Positions 1 through 14,108 of a stretch of 64,000 nucleotides of DNA are shown here, in pieces. Origin of the DNA: Eledone cirrhosa (lineage: Eukaryota); assembly GCA_964016885.1 (NCBI GenBank), contig OZ024745.1, positions 125,612,001-125,676,000 on the forward strand, written 5' to 3'. A model generated the notes under the pieces. That model saw only the letters and a program-made list of their open reading frames with translations, was not told where the DNA came from and did not search any database. Within the stretch, counting starts at the first letter, position 1; each line of letters starts with the position of its first letter. The position numbers and the translations under genes were made by a program.

Positions 1-498
1 AATGTAAATTGTTTGATGTGTTTATGTTAAATTATGTTGATCACCTTATGTTATATTATGTTGATCACCTTGACCAACCAGTCTGTCGGGCACCATTCGG
101 TGCCGCTGGTCACAGCACGTGCTGTTTTAGCCATACGATGATGCCATCCCACTGGCTGGGCGGGCAGGCCGTAAGTCTAAAGTCTGTCTTAAGCCAGAAG
201 GCCTCATTTGGCCGGTGCTTATCCCGGTTTCATGGCATGAAGCAACTGAGAGTATAAGACTCCCCCCTTGGACAGGATGTCAGTCCATCGCAGGGTTAAA
301 CCTCCAGCTATTGCTGGTACTCATTTTCGGATGAGTAAAGTGGTGCAACGTGAAATAAAGTGTCTTGCTCAAGAAAACAACACATCACCAAGCCCGAGAA
401 TTGAACTCACAACCTTTCGATTGCAAGCCTGCTGCTCTAATCACTAAAGCATGCACCTTCACTCTATATATATGTTTCGTCACTATATATATATATAC

Positions 499-531
<33 letters not shown>

Positions 532-1019
532 GTGACGAAACATAATAATAAATTTTTACTCTATATGGAGTAATAGTTGAAAATGTTTATATTTCACATT
601 TCATTCTTTTCACAGTGAAGACCTCTACTTTATAAAAGGAACTGTAGCTATATCTAAATAGTTTTACATTTGTTTACTATGCTGCCATGGACAGGATTTT
701 ATAATCCCACCCCTTTCTTATTCAGCATTAATGCAGTAAAAAAATGTTTTATGTCTCAATCATATGCTCCTTTTCAAGAAGGATTTCTCAGAATAGGTGC
801 CCTTCCTAACACAGAATCTATTAGGTACATTGTCTCATGACATCATTACTAGAGAATCTGTCATATCCTACATTAAATTAATGAGGCCACCCTATCCTAT
901 GTTGCTTCTGTTTTTTCACCCACCACTTTAAAGACTGTGCTGGGTGCATTATCTTATGTACAACACTAGAGAGTTTGACTTGTACTCAGCAAATCTAAAG
1001 AGTCATCAATTTCCTATAT

Positions 1020-1345
1020 TGCCTGTGTTCTTTAATAAATATATTAATGACATAGATGCCAACTTAAAGAATGCCATATGCAGATGACATCAAGTTGTAC
1101 CTTGAGATAAAAATGACAGATCCAGTATGCTTATAGATCTTTCATGCAATCAGACCTGGACACAATACAGCAATGAATTATGGACTGGCAACTCAAGCTG
1201 GCTGTGGATAAGTGTACCACCATGCATTTTGGGAGGAAAACCCAGTGTTCACATATTCCTTCCACAACACCAATCTCAAGAAGTCTTCTTGTGAATGGGA
1301 CCTAGGCATTATTGTCAACAGTAATTTGTGTTGGACAAAGCCATT
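1020..1345 (+). mobile_element. Decayed CR1-like LINE reverse-transcriptase fragment
   Basis: Frameshifted YINDID...YADDIKL...QSDLDTIQQ*IMDWQLKLAVDKCTTMHFG. Confidence 0.75.
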
Positions 1346-2047
1346 TGAATGTTATTCTATGTACTATACATACACCTTTGATGAGTTGTAGTGCACCAGA
1401 GCACTGTATACAATAATTTTCATTATTATTATTAAATTGTTGAACTAATTTCCCTATATTCATAATTTTGTTATGTTTCTAACTGTGGAAATAATATCTT
1501 TACTTGCATACCTACATATCAAAACTTTCTAGAATTTGACTATTAAGCGCATATTTTATTTTTATTATCCAACTAAACAAATCTGCTCTACAATTACATA
1601 GTCATTTGATCAAAGCATTTTATGTAAGAACATTTGTTAACAGTTAGTAGTAGCATTCAAAATAACAATGTGTGCACGAAGAACACATATTTACTAAGTA
1701 TTCTTTCACTCTTGAAAAAAAAATGTTAGAATAATGTTATGAATTATATGACATTTAATGAAATATCTAGTAAAGATGTTAGGTATTTAAACAAGAAACA
1801 CCAGTAAGATTATAATGTTTCATACTCTTAGCCCTATCTTTAGTAGTTAAGATATTTCAGTATTTGCATCTACAAAATGTTTTGATTAGGTTTATTTCTA
1901 ATCATCCTCAGATGCTTTATTCTACATAGTACAAGACTGGACTAGAACTTGGAAATTAATTGTTAAAATAAACAATTGTGGCCTAATTGATATTAAGCCT
2001 TTTATGATTGTGTTTCTATTTAAATACTCTGTCTAGTAATGAATTAA

Positions 2048-2280
2048 CCCTTTAGCATTTAAACCAGCCATATCTGGCCAGAATTCTCTCACCTCTTACT
2101 GTTCAAACCGACTGTAACCAGCCACTGATATTGAAGTTATGGTATTGGTCTCAAAATAAATAATATCAAAATCTCATAGATTATTTGAGATAAGTATGTA
2201 AGGTAAAGCCTTTTATCGTGAAAATATAATAGCAAATATGATAGTACATATATGTCAACAGGAATGTAAATGCGAAAGGG
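2048..2280. mobile_element. piggyBac-like MITE (related copies near 57044-57310 and 58500-58715; related family 6700-6929)
   Basis: TTAA/CCCTTTAGCATTTA ... TAAATGCGAAAGGG/TTAA. Confidence 0.75.
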
Positions 2281-2826
2281 TTAAAGTAGAATTTGGAGGG
2301 ATTTACTAAAATTATGAATTATTTCATTAATAAAAGGATATTTGTAATATAACTTAACAGATAGTTCTTATATAGCATTATTTTGTAAAGTTTTAATTTA
2401 AATAGGAACACTTTAATAAGATTGTTTTTAATAACCAGAACCATTTTAGGCAAGCTGGCATAAAAAGGGCTAAAGTGTTAACCATTTAGTTAAAGATGAA
2501 AGTTCTTAGTTCAAATCTCATTCGATATTATGTACATATTAAAAAATCAGACATCTGATAATAACTGGAGATCAGAGTTATCTAGAATATAGTCTAGATG
2601 CAAATACTTTTAAATGTTTCATGTCTAAAGGATGAGAATCTGAAATATTATAATCTTAATAATAATTTATCATGTCAGTCACTTAGATATTTATGTAAGA
2701 CACTGTGAAGTCAGATCTACCAGTTGGTAGACATATTTGCACAGAGTGTCTCAGATTTGTAAAAAATGAGTATAATCAATTGATTTGACTTCATGTTCAC
2801 CTGGTACTTATTTTATCTATCAGGCC

Positions 2827-3111
2827 TAGGGCCGGATTTAATGAGGAGCAAAGGAGTCAGTTACCCCCGGGCCCATTGCAGTGGGAGTCTCACAAGTGAC
2901 AGCCAAGGCAATTTATTTGTGCCCTCAGCTGGGCTTTTTAGTTTTAGGATTGTTAGAAGTTTTGAATTTAATAGCTGTATGTATAACTTTTTAATTCCAA
3001 TGATTTGTGCCAAACTAACTTGGATATGCAAAACTGAGTGTTGTTTGTGTGTATAAGAAGTGCTCCAAACCTGAAGTGCCGTGGGCCCCTTAAGGTCTAC
3101 ATCCAACCCTG
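2827..3111. mobile_element. Degenerate hAT-type MITE
   Basis: TIRs tagggccggattta / tacatccaaccctg; TSD-like atcaggcc / atcagagc. Confidence 0.55.
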
Positions 3112-4325
3112 ATCAGAGCACACAAGCATCAGTGTAAAGGTATGTGGCTTAATGATAAAGTGTTCTTCTCATGATTGTATGGCATAGTATGTCCTTATTT
3201 CACATTGCTCCAGTCCAGTCAGCTGGTAAAAATGAATTGTATTTATAATTCAAGGGACAAGCTTTATCATACATTGTGTCATGGTGAATTTCCTTGAAAA
3301 CCACATGAGGACTACATGGGTCAGTAGAATGTTCAGCTATTTACATGTTAATAATATTTGCTTCTTCTTTACTCTCCCTCAACTATGTCCCCCTAAGGAT
3401 GCTTTTAGACAAGGAGCCATGATGGGATACCTGACCATACAGATGAGCTTCTGAGGCCAGGCTGAGCGATATCATCAATGTTTGCTATTTTTCTGGCCAA
3501 ATTACTTTTGTTACTTTTGATTGAACCCTCAGGCTGCTACATGTAGAGAGATGACTAACTGAATATGGGAATGAGCTGTTGCACATTGCTTTAGATAAAA
3601 AGTGGTCATGTAGTTAAAAAAGTGTGTTTCTTTACAATCACATGGTTCTAGGACAGTGATTTCTACTATAACCATGGAGCAGTGAAAATAATTTGAATTA
3701 AATTTTGTAAACAGAGACTATGCAAAAGCCCATTGTATAGGTGTAGGTATCATCAACATTTTCTCTTTTGCATAGGTTGCCATAGATTGCCACGATTCAA
3801 GACTAGATGAGAGAGAAATTGACCTTATATGTTCCATTTTTAGCAAGGTTTCTATAGCTATAGCTCTGTCCTAACTCCAACCAATTCACAGAGCGTATTG
3901 GGTGCATTATATCATGGCATAAAGACAAATAATTTCCCAATTGTATTGGATTACACCATGCATGTGTGTGTGTTTATTGGCATGGGTTGAACAAAATCAG
4001 TATGAAACAAATATATGTTGCAGTATTTCACTTAAGTCTGTATGCCTTTTTATGCAGCAATCGACTAAGACCATTTGTCACATATGAGATCAATAAAATA
4101 AGTACCAGACAAAATAACGATGCCAAGCAAATGAACTAAACTCCTTCTAGATGATTCCCCCCAGCAAGACTAGAACCCAGTGACCAAAAACATTAAGAAA
4201 AAGAAAATGGCAAAACACAGCAAAAACCCCTAAATATTTAAGTAACCATTCATTTCCTGTTTGATATTTTCCACAAATCTTCTTTAAAAGTCTAAAGTTA
4301 GTATGCAACCATACTTGCCATGTAC

Positions 4326-4418
4326 CTTGTTCCTGCCACAGATAGTGCCTTCTGCAGCAGGCTCACGTTTTGTTGTACATGTCTTGTTGACGTAACACCA
4401 CAGGTAAGAACAAATATT
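4326..4418 (-). CDS. ADAMTS7/12-like: ADAMTS disintegrin-like exon (NICSYLWCYVNKTCTTKREPAAEGTICGRNK)
   Basis: Acceptor tttgtAG, donor GTACAT. 93 nt, phase 0 to 0. C..LWC and PAAEGT.CG motifs. Confidence 0.93.
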
Positions 4419-4642
4419 CTACAAATATATCAACAACAAAATATCAGCAAAAATATAAAAACATATTACAATATAAGAATGCATACATGTGTGTCTGCAT
4501 ATGTGTATGGAAGTCAACATATATGTGTGGTGTAAGAATGTCAGTTTGTGTGTATGTATATGAAGACATGTTTGTACATATGCATGTGTTTATATACACA
4601 CACATATATATATATACATACATACATACATACATACATACA

Positions 4643-4678
<36 letters not shown>

Positions 4679-5310
4679 TACACACACACACACATATATA
4701 TATATACATATGTACGTATGGGTTATATCAAATAATAATAATAATATTCTATTCGTTTGCAAGCAAACGGCCCGGCTAAGCTAAGCTGTGCCTTGATAAC
4801 CAATCATCATGCGTTTGTTCAAAAGTAGCATCGAGGAACAATCAACATGTTACTGGGTCATTACCCTTCATCAGGAGTGTTTACCTCTCTGCCATTCTAT
4901 TGAACAATTGAAAATATCATACATGGTATTTTCTGAAGTACACATCAGCTAATTAGCCTCATTTGCATACCGTGCGATTTACAGCTGGCCTTGCCAAAAA
5001 AAAAAGTGTATGTGTGTGTGTGTGTGTTTGTGCATATAACAATAAAAAAAACAGAAGTCAGGTGGAGGTAGAAAAGTTATTTAATTGTTTTACGATCGTT
5101 TCAAAGGGTTAATGGGTCAATGGAGATTAATGAACCAACTAGCATGACAGTGTTTAAGTTACTACCTGTTTCTAGTCTCAAAATCCCAGGTCAATTGGCC
5201 GTCTTCCTCATATGTACATATATTGTGCCGTCAAATATGAAATTTGTAGAAATGTATTTTTTTTCTAGAAATTTCTAGAAATTTCGTACTTGACGACCCA
5301 ATATATGTAC

Positions 5311-5356
<46 letters not shown>

Positions 5357-6476
5357 ATACACACACATATACAGAAACTCATATAAACGCATGTATAAAT
5401 ACACACATGCAGACACAAAACAATCACTATATTTAAGTAATTCGTTTTTGTCTATACATGATTATGTTTTAAAGACTTTCTAAGAGAAGGAAACTCTGAA
5501 AAAAACCTGCAGCTTCAGAAGCATCTGATGTTGTTGACCAGTTCTCCTTTTCGGGTAGTGTTTTCGATGCTCAGAGAGTGGGATTGGTCGAGTGCAAGGC
5601 CTTTCCCCACTTAAAAGCCTTCAAAGCACAGGCATTGCATGTTCAGGATATGTTACAGGTCCGTGTGGCCTAAAAGTGTACCATTTTCTATAATCTGACA
5701 AGCAATTGCAATACGCTTAGCAGTGTTTGCAGCCACCATACATACCTATATATATATATATAAAAAGATCCCCTTCGGTCATGTGTCTCCATGGGATTTG
5801 CACCAAGAAAGTTCTCCGGGCAAGACCAGCAATCAACCATGCATACCAGTCTCTCCTCTCCATGTCACCGTTGATGTCCAAGGGAAAGGAAATGGCCAAT
5901 ACAGCTTGGCACCAGTGAGATATCACAACTCGTTTCTACAGGTGAGTGAACTGGAATTACGTGATATAAACACATAGCCCAGCTGGGAAATTGAAATCAC
6001 AATCTCACAATTGTAAGCTCAACGCTCTAACTACCAAGACATGCACCTTCACATATATATATACAGTATGACCTGAAGATCTGAAGGTGGTCACCAATAT
6101 CACCAGCCCGAAAAGGTCACCTATAATGAAGGGCACTTTCTCTCCTAATTTGACTACTTATTATTTTTTTTAATTCAAATACCACAGTAAAAATCAGATT
6201 ATAAATGACCTAATAGTTTCTGGTTGATTTTCAAATTAGACACTTGAATCAATCAAAGTAATCACAATTTTCTAATTGAACTATAATTTAGGTTCTAATT
6301 AACTATAATTTATCATAGAGAACTATAATTTTTCTCCACTTTTGTCTAATGGTATTGATTATATAATTGATATCAATATTAAAATGGTTACCAATAACCT
6401 AGACACATAAGATAATCATTACTCATTCATCCTTCCATTCTTCTCTCTTGCAGAAAAGAAAAATAATTTTTCTTAC

Positions 6477-6621
6477 AGTAACAGAATCACAGACTTTAGC
6501 TTCGGGACCATACTGAAGTCGGCACTGATGATCAGCATTGTACATGGTGCCAGGAGGCAAGAATGGGAAAACATAATCGAAGACAGTGGACTCATCATTC
6601 AAACAGTAACCTCTGTCTCGG
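6477..6621 (-). CDS. ADAMTS7/12-like: ADAMTS exon, end of catalytic and start of disintegrin-like domain (RDRGYCLNDESTVFDYVFPFLPPGTMYNADHQCRLQYGPEAKVCDSVT)
   Basis: Acceptor ttaacAG, donor GTAAGA. 145 nt, phase 2 to 0. PG..Y.AD.QCR.QYG motif. Confidence 0.96.
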
Positions 6622-7439
6622 CTGTTAAATGCAATGGAATACAATAAGTTAATATTGACAAAATATTTTTGTTTAAAAATAAAAGAAAAGATTATTTAAC
6701 CCTTTCATTACATATGTGTTCCAATTAATTCTGAAAATAAACAGAATTTTGAAGGACTGGAATAAAATAAGTACATTTTTCATAGTAAGCTAATATTTAG
6801 AACACTAATTTAACAAAAATTTCAAAAAGAAAATCATGATTGAAGGTTTAAATATAGGGATAAATATTTTTAAAATGAGCAGTTTTGTATAATAAATTCA
6901 AAGACAGTTTCGGATGGTATCAAAAGGGTTTAAGTAACTATGAATGACAATGACAACACAAACAACAATAAACATAAGAAAACTTGCAACAATAATGGTA
7001 AGTGATATAATAATGGTGTTTCAACACTAACTTTAGCAGTCGCATATTTTGAAAATGGAGCACAGGGATGTATGGTTTTAAAATTTCATGGTAACTATAT
7101 ATATATATATAAATACCAATGCCATGTGTTACACCCTCCAGTATTCCGATGATTTGATCAGAGACACACACTGTATTTAAGGTCGAGTGACACAACTTCG
7201 AGTGATTAGTGGCCTTTAGACTTACCTGATCAATGAAGCAATTGTTAATACTGTAAATAAAAGCCGACCATGTTATTCTTCACTCTTTCACTATATGTAT
7301 ATGATGTGTCGATTCCTGATTTGTGTTGGGGGTTAACCACAGTTAAAAAAGGTATTAAATACATTAGTAGAGTATAAGCATTTTTATATTTTATATAGAA
7401 ATGTTTCATTCAAATGAAACAGTTCTAGTAATGTAGAAG

Positions 7440-7495
<56 letters not shown>

Positions 7496-8559
7496 AGAGA
7501 GGTGGGAGAGTGAGAGAGAGAGAGATTAGAAGTGTAAAATAAGAACAGGTGATAATTACCATGCCCATTGCATTTGGGAGTGTGAGATGGTTAGTATATC
7601 TTTGAGTCAAATTATTTTGAGATTTTAGTGATGAAATGATTTATTATATTTGGGCGAAATGTTGACAAGGAAAGAGCCAAGAAAGGAGGGGTTAATAATA
7701 TGTCTATAGAGAGTGACTGACAATATTTCATTGTCTTATTGATTTACTAACTTTTTCTGGGCACCATCTTCTCCCCCATCACTAAAAAATTATATCACGG
7801 AACTGTTAAATATAAACCATTGGCTGGCTTTGTGCAGAAGGAGGAAAACATTTAGCTTCTCAATGCCCTACCTCTTAATTTGATTCTGCTACCTCTTTGT
7901 TTAGTTTCTTGTTCACCTTGGTAATACAAAGATATGATCAAAGGTATACCAACCATCTTTAATAGTGTAACGGGTAATTTGATGAAGTTTTGGCATATAG
8001 AAACATTTTTGTTTTTGAAAAACAAAGACATTTCACTTTCCTTCTTATCCTTTCAATTAATTGATATACATTTTCTATGCTTTATATTTTGTCTGGAGTT
8101 GACTCATGTCTATGTTCGGTTTTTGGTCCACAATATGAGCAAAAGATGAGTTAGTATTTTTTAGTATTAGTAGTTGTGTTCTTGTTATTATTATTTAAAT
8201 TTACATTTGTTTGCCATAGGTTTATTTTGTGCTTCTTAAATTGTAGCTGTTCTTGCTTAGAACTATAAGTTTGTTTGATAATCACTTTTTGGTGAAAAAT
8301 GTGTAAGAGTATTTAAACAAAATGTCTAAAACAGACCTTTTCTCTACCCCGGGTAATAGGATAGACGTCCAATTTTTCCAAAATCCTTTTGTGATAAAAT
8401 AATGAAAGCAAAACCCTCATCTTTTTTGTAAGGTAATCCAGAAGAAAGTATCTTCTACATGGAGCTCTGTAAAGTGTGACTGTTCACAGCAAACAACAAC
8501 AACAACAACAGCAATAATGATAATAATAATAACAACAACAATATTCAGGATGTATTGAA

Positions 8560-8668
8560 TCAAGAACCCTCCGATAAGTCCTGAATATCCGAGGCTGCAG
8601 GTAGTGGCTTGATGTTCATTTGAACAAACTTTCCAGTTAAATAACATCAGTGACTGAGACTCCAAGAA

Positions 8669-8717
<49 letters not shown>

Positions 8718-9120
8718 GTTTTGGACAAAGAAAAAAGATCGTGCCTGATTGTGGATGTGGCCTGCCCATTCGACACGAGAGTGCAAGAGAAGGAGAGGGA
8801 GAAAATTAACCGATACCAGGACTTAAAGTGGGAGGTAAAAAGGATTTGGAACTGCCATGAAGTCAAAGTGGTCCCAATTGTCATAGGCGCACTACGTACT
8901 ATCTCAAAAAGTTTCCAGGGATGGTTAAAGAAAATTGGCTCCACCACGCTTTTTGGAACGCTTCAAAAGGCATGCTTGCTGGGAACAGCAAGAACCCTCC
9001 GATACGTCCTGAATATCTGAGGCTGCAGGTAGTGGCTTGATATTCATTTCAACAAACTTTCCAGTTAACTAACATCAATGACTGAGACTCAAAGAACAAT
9101 AACAATAATAATAATAATAA
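8560..9120 (+). mobile_element. Two tandem 5'-truncated R4/Dong-type non-LTR retrotransposon copies in (TAA)n
   Basis: ORF 8715-9020 encodes a restriction-like endonuclease C-terminus (IVDVACPFD...KINRYQDL...VVPIVIGAL...LQKACLLGTAR). The 3' end is duplicated at 8560-8668 and flanked by (TAA)n. Confidence 0.85.
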
Positions 9121-9295
9121 TCTCTCATAAAATCTCAATATCTTCACGCAGAAAAGCCAGCCTGCAAGATTGTATATAAATGCTTGCTCCTCAAGAAATC
9201 TTAATGATGAACAATCATCCAACAATCTTAATGATATATGCACATCAGATATTGCAACACAAGCTACAGTGTATCTGAATAAAAGATGGGATAAT

Positions 9296-10819
9296 CATGG
9301 CTAGAACACTTCTCATCTTTTAAATATTATCTAATAACTGCACAGAACCATGTTGGTGTTAACAGATGGTCATAGCTAGAAGACTTCTCATCTTTTAAAT
9401 ATTATCTAATAACTGCACAGAACCATGTTGGTGTTAACAGATGGTCATGGCTAGAACACTTCTCATCTTTTAAATATTATCTAATAACTGCACAGAACCA
9501 TGTTGGTGTTAACAGATGGTCATGGCTAGAACACTTCTCATCTTTTAAATATTATCTAATAACTGCACAGAACCATGTTGGTGTTAACAGATGGTCATGG
9601 CTAGAACACTTCTCATCTTTTAAATATTATCTAATAACTGCACAGAACCATGTTGGTGTTAACAGATGGTCATAGCTAGAAGACTTCTCATCTTTTAAAT
9701 ATTATCTAATAACTGCACAGAACCATGTTGGTGTTAACAGATGGTCATGGCTAGAACACTTCTCATCTTTTAAATATTATCTAATAACTGCACAGAACCA
9801 TGTTGGTGTTAACAGATGGTCATAGCTAGAAGACTTCTCATCTTTTAAATATTATCTAATAACTGCACAGAACCATGTTGGTGTTAACAGATGGTCATGG
9901 CTAGAACACTTCTCATCTTTTAAATATTATCTAATAACTGCACAGAACCATGTTGGTGTTAACAGATGGTCATGGCTAGAACACTTCTCATCTTTTAAAT
10001 ATTATCTAATAACTGCACAGAACCATGTTGGTGTTAACAGATGGTCATAGCTAGAAGACTTCTCATCTTTTAAATATTATCTAATAACTGCACAGAACCA
10101 TGTTGGTGTTAACAGATGGTCATAGCTAGAAGACTTCTCATCTTTTAAATATTATCTAATAACTGCACAGAACCATGTTGGTGTTAACAGATGGTCATGG
10201 CTAGAAGACTTCTCATCTTTTAAATATTATCTAATAACTGCACAGAACCATGTTGGTGTTAACAGATGGTCATAGCTAGAAGACTTCTCATCTTTTAAAT
10301 ATTATCTAATAACTGCACAGAACCATGTTGGTGTTAACAGATGGTCATGGCTAGAACACTTCTCATCTTTTAAATATTATCTAATAACTGCACAGAACCA
10401 TGTTGGTGTTAACAGATGGTCATAGCTAGAACACTTCTCATCTTTTAAATATTATCTAATAACTGCACAGAACCATGTTGGTGTTAACAGATGGTCATAG
10501 CTAGAAGACTTCTCATCTTTTAAATATTATCTAATAACTGCACAGAACCATGTTGGTGTTAACAGATGGTCATGGCTAGAACACTTCTCATCTTTTAAAT
10601 ATTATCTAATAACTGCACAGAACCATGTTGGTGTTAACAGATGGTCATAGCTAGAACACTTCTCATCTTTTAAATATTATCTAATAACTGCACAGAACCA
10701 TGTTGGTGTTAACAGATGGTCATAGCTAGAAGACTTCTCATCTTTTAAATATTATCTAATAACTGCACAGAACCATGTTGGTGTTAACAGATGGTCATGG
10801 CTAGAAGACTTCTCATCTT
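9296..10819. repeat. 75-bp minisatellite, about 20 near-identical copies
   Basis: Unit catRgctagaaSacttctcatcttttaaatattatctaataactgcacagaaccatgttggtgttaacagatggt; period 75. Confidence 0.97.
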
Positions 10820-10879
10820 AAATCTACTCAGATTAAGCTACAGCTTTTTTTACTTGGACAACTGTGAAAGGCAACTCAC

Positions 10880-11023
10880 TCGAAAAACTTGGTCACTGCT
10901 TTCTTGCTGCAAGGAGACCAAATTTTAAGCCGACTGCTGCCATACAACCGTGGTGCCATCACATAGGAATTCTCCCCAGCTGAAACACATTTGCTTCGAG
11001 CACCATCATGCTTCATTCCAAGA
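10880..11023 (-). CDS. ADAMTS7/12-like: ADAMTS catalytic exon (NLGMKHDGARSKCVSAGENSYVMAPRLYGSSRLKIWSPCSKKAVTKFFD)
   Basis: Acceptor ggtttcAG, donor GTGAGT. 144 nt, phase 2 to 2. Completes HELGHNLGMKHD; includes the Met-turn VMAP and WS.CS. Confidence 0.96.
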
Positions 11024-12338
11024 CTGAAACCAAACAGAAATATATTTTAATTATTATTTATTTCATTATTTTTGAAAATCTAATACAGTCTGAAAGTTGT
11101 TAACAAAAGAAAGGAAAGGAACCGATCATCCTATCAGATCAAGGAAACTATATTTCCATTGGACTTCCTCTTGCTGATGATATTATCTACCAGAGTTGCC
11201 TCTTGGCAGAAGGTGACAAGATTTGAACTTAGAGTGCAAAGAATCAGATTAAATACCTCAGAGCCTCCACTGCCAATTCACTGCTCCAGGGCTGCTACTT
11301 TATTTATCAACTCCGAAGGATGATGCTCAAAGTTAATTTTGATAAGATGTAATCTCGGAACATAGAGTTCGAAAACAAATATGGATACTTTAGCAACTCT
11401 ACTGATTCATCAGGTGTTAAACAATTGAGCAATACTTGTAATATGGATAAAATGTGTTTACTTATTAAGTGTTTACTTATTAAGACTGAATAGCCCTGAG
11501 CAATATCTTAACACTTATTGGTTAAATATTGGCAAACTCTTTATCTTTCTCTATGCTACAAATATTACAGCTAAAAGTACACGGTCATGGGGTTAGTTAT
11601 CTTTGCCATACCCAATATAGCACCAAAGATATGATATCATTCTGAAAATCTATAAATGTAACATTCAATCAGCTTGACTCTCCTTGACACTATTTTAACA
11701 ACCACACTTAACCAACTTTCTGCATCATCAATACAGATCATCATATCTTAATAAGATATAATTACATACCTTTCATATAGAAAATGTTGTGCAACTGAAA
11801 AAGCTATCTTATCTGATGCCGCAGTATTGGTAGTGTGTCAGACACCATGCTTTGCAGCACAGAGTTATGGTCCTCATGTTCTGAGTTCAAATCGGTCCGA
11901 GGTTAACTTTGCCTTTCATCATCAATAAAATAAAGCACCAGTAATGAACTGGGTTAATTGCTGGCTTTGTGCCAAAAGTAGAAACAGTTATTCAACAAAA
12001 ACTGTAAAACACAACAAATCTCAGCAAAGTTTGTTGGCACATGTGAATGTCTTATTCTTTTATCAGGAGAGAAAGTGCTAAAGGCCAAGCTAGTCTTCTT
12101 TTATAATAGAATAGTTCATTCAATCCATTGCTAAGATAAATTCATTTTTAGAATAATTATGAAATCCTTCATGGTAGTGACAAGGAAATAACTGGTTTGA
12201 TCTATGTAGCTCTTAGTAAATGATTTTCACAACAGACATCCATTTCTTTCTGTTTGTGTGAGGAAAAAGATTTCATTAGAAACTCTTATTGCTATCTCCT
12301 CACCCAAACTACATCATCTGAAGTTTGTTACTACTTAC

Positions 12339-12488
12339 TTGTGTCCAAGCTCATGTGCAATGGTGTATGCAAGGGCTAATCCAGAATCCTCATTGATATT
12401 ACATGACATTTGAGGCTGACACATACCTGAAAGATGTGCCAACCCTAGAGTGTTACAAGGACGGTCAATTCGAGTGCAGATGTCATGT
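12339..12488 (-). CDS. ADAMTS7/12-like: ADAMTS catalytic exon ([49 protein letters not shown])
   Basis: Acceptor cttttcAG, donor GTAAGT. 150 nt, phase 2 to 2. First half of the HExxHxxGxxHD zinc-binding motif. Confidence 0.97.
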
Positions 12489-13321
12489 CTGAAAAGAATG
12501 AATAGAAAGCAACATTTAAAACAAATTACAAACAATTACAAACATTTAAAACAAATGACAAATAATATAATTTGATATTACATCTAGAAACTAACGCTGC
12601 TGCCGTTTCCTCCCATGAGCAATGATTGTCAGTGGACCTGTTAAAATGATGGCAACATTTTCAATAAATTACACCTTCCTATCTTACATTAAACAAAATG
12701 AACCTGAAAACACAATGAATTTGTGGTTGGATGCCTTTGATTATGTATGACCAGAGTTAACATGGGACAAAGCAACAGCAGCACTAATATATACGTTTAT
12801 TGGGTTCAGTCGTTGTGTTGCAGCTAAGCTGTGGAATTGTCTACAAAAGTTTTAGTTGATCATAATGTCTTGTCTTCTGTAATATTTAACTGTTTTTGCA
12901 GTCTGGCATTGATTTTATTTATCTTTATTGATCGAGTCACTAAGGTGAGGAACACAATATAAACACACTTACATGTTAGGCTAATGTAAACATAAACAGT
13001 GACACAAATGGACAGGTCAACATTTCGTGTAGCGTTTGTCTATCCAAGTTTAGGGACATGGCTTTGGTGAATCTAAAGGGATCCCAAATAAAACTAGGCA
13101 ATTGTGTTCGGTGTATACAGTGGGATCGAATCCAGAAAAGCCAGGTTGTGAAGTGAACATCTAAACTTTACAGCTATGCATGTGCATGTATATATGGCTG
13201 TGTGGGTAGAAAATTGGATTCGCAAACGTGAGGTTGTGATTTCGATTACCAGACGGAGCGATGCGTTATATCCTTGAGCAAGACACTTTATTTCACGTTG
13301 CTCCTTCTACCGTGGGTGTGT

Positions 13322-13355
<34 letters not shown>

Positions 13356-13573
13356 ACATAAGAAAAAAAAAAGAATTAGAACAAAAATTGAAAAATTTAT
13401 ATTCCAGTCAGCATTGAGAAAATCGTCTTCAAAATCATTGTCTAAAATACGACAGGACTTTGTATCCAACCTATTATATATATATATATATATATATACA
13501 AATAAAATACAGAGTTACTAACACATATTGATACCTGCAATTAACAAGCTCAAATATAGATACTGAGCATCAT

Positions 13574-13885
13574 ATAATAATATATGTAGGAATAAACACA
13601 ATAAATTGTGTCTAAAATTACGAGGGTAGATGTACCATAGGTTTGATAAATTTAACCTGAAGCAAACGGAAAAGCCTACGGATTATCTGTTACAAACACA
13701 ATTTTCAGGGCCAACAGATTAATTCTCTAATCTGTCCGAGAGATGAAATAGTTATTGAGACGATCTGTATATATATTCTATATCTTCCGTTTGCTTCAGG
13801 TTAAATTTATCAAACCAATGTGGTACTTCGACCCTCATAATTTTAGACACACAATTTACTGTGTTTATACCTACATATATTATCA
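13574..13885. repeat. Diverged ~95-bp inverted repeat with ~115-bp spacer
   Basis: Arms at about 13574-13670 and 13785-13885 (ggtttgataaatttaacctgaagcaaacggaa and its reverse complement). Confidence 0.8.
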
Positions 13886-14063
13886 TGGTGAATTGACAGT
13901 ATCGGTAGAGGGTCGGACGCCATGCTTTCCAGCATAGTTACGTCCCTTTACGGTCTGAGTTCAAATCCCGTCGAGGTTAACTTTGCCTTTCATCCTTACG
14001 GGGTGGATAAAATAAAGTACCAGTAATGCTAATTGCTGGCCTTGTGCCTAAAGTACAAACAAT

Positions 14064-14108
<45 letters not shown>

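Noticed and set aside
1-4300. Next ADAMTS exon (WC...TSP1 WS.WS.CS)
   Set aside because: I found no matching minus-strand sequence; it probably lies outside the window.
9296-10819. 75-bp array as CRISPR or as a ribozyme array
   Set aside because: There are no spacers and no CUGANGA/GAAA core in the unit on either strand.
13887-13975. tRNA gene
   Set aside because: The A/B-box segment is a SINE head that continues into the repeated SINE body; it does not form a full cloverleaf.
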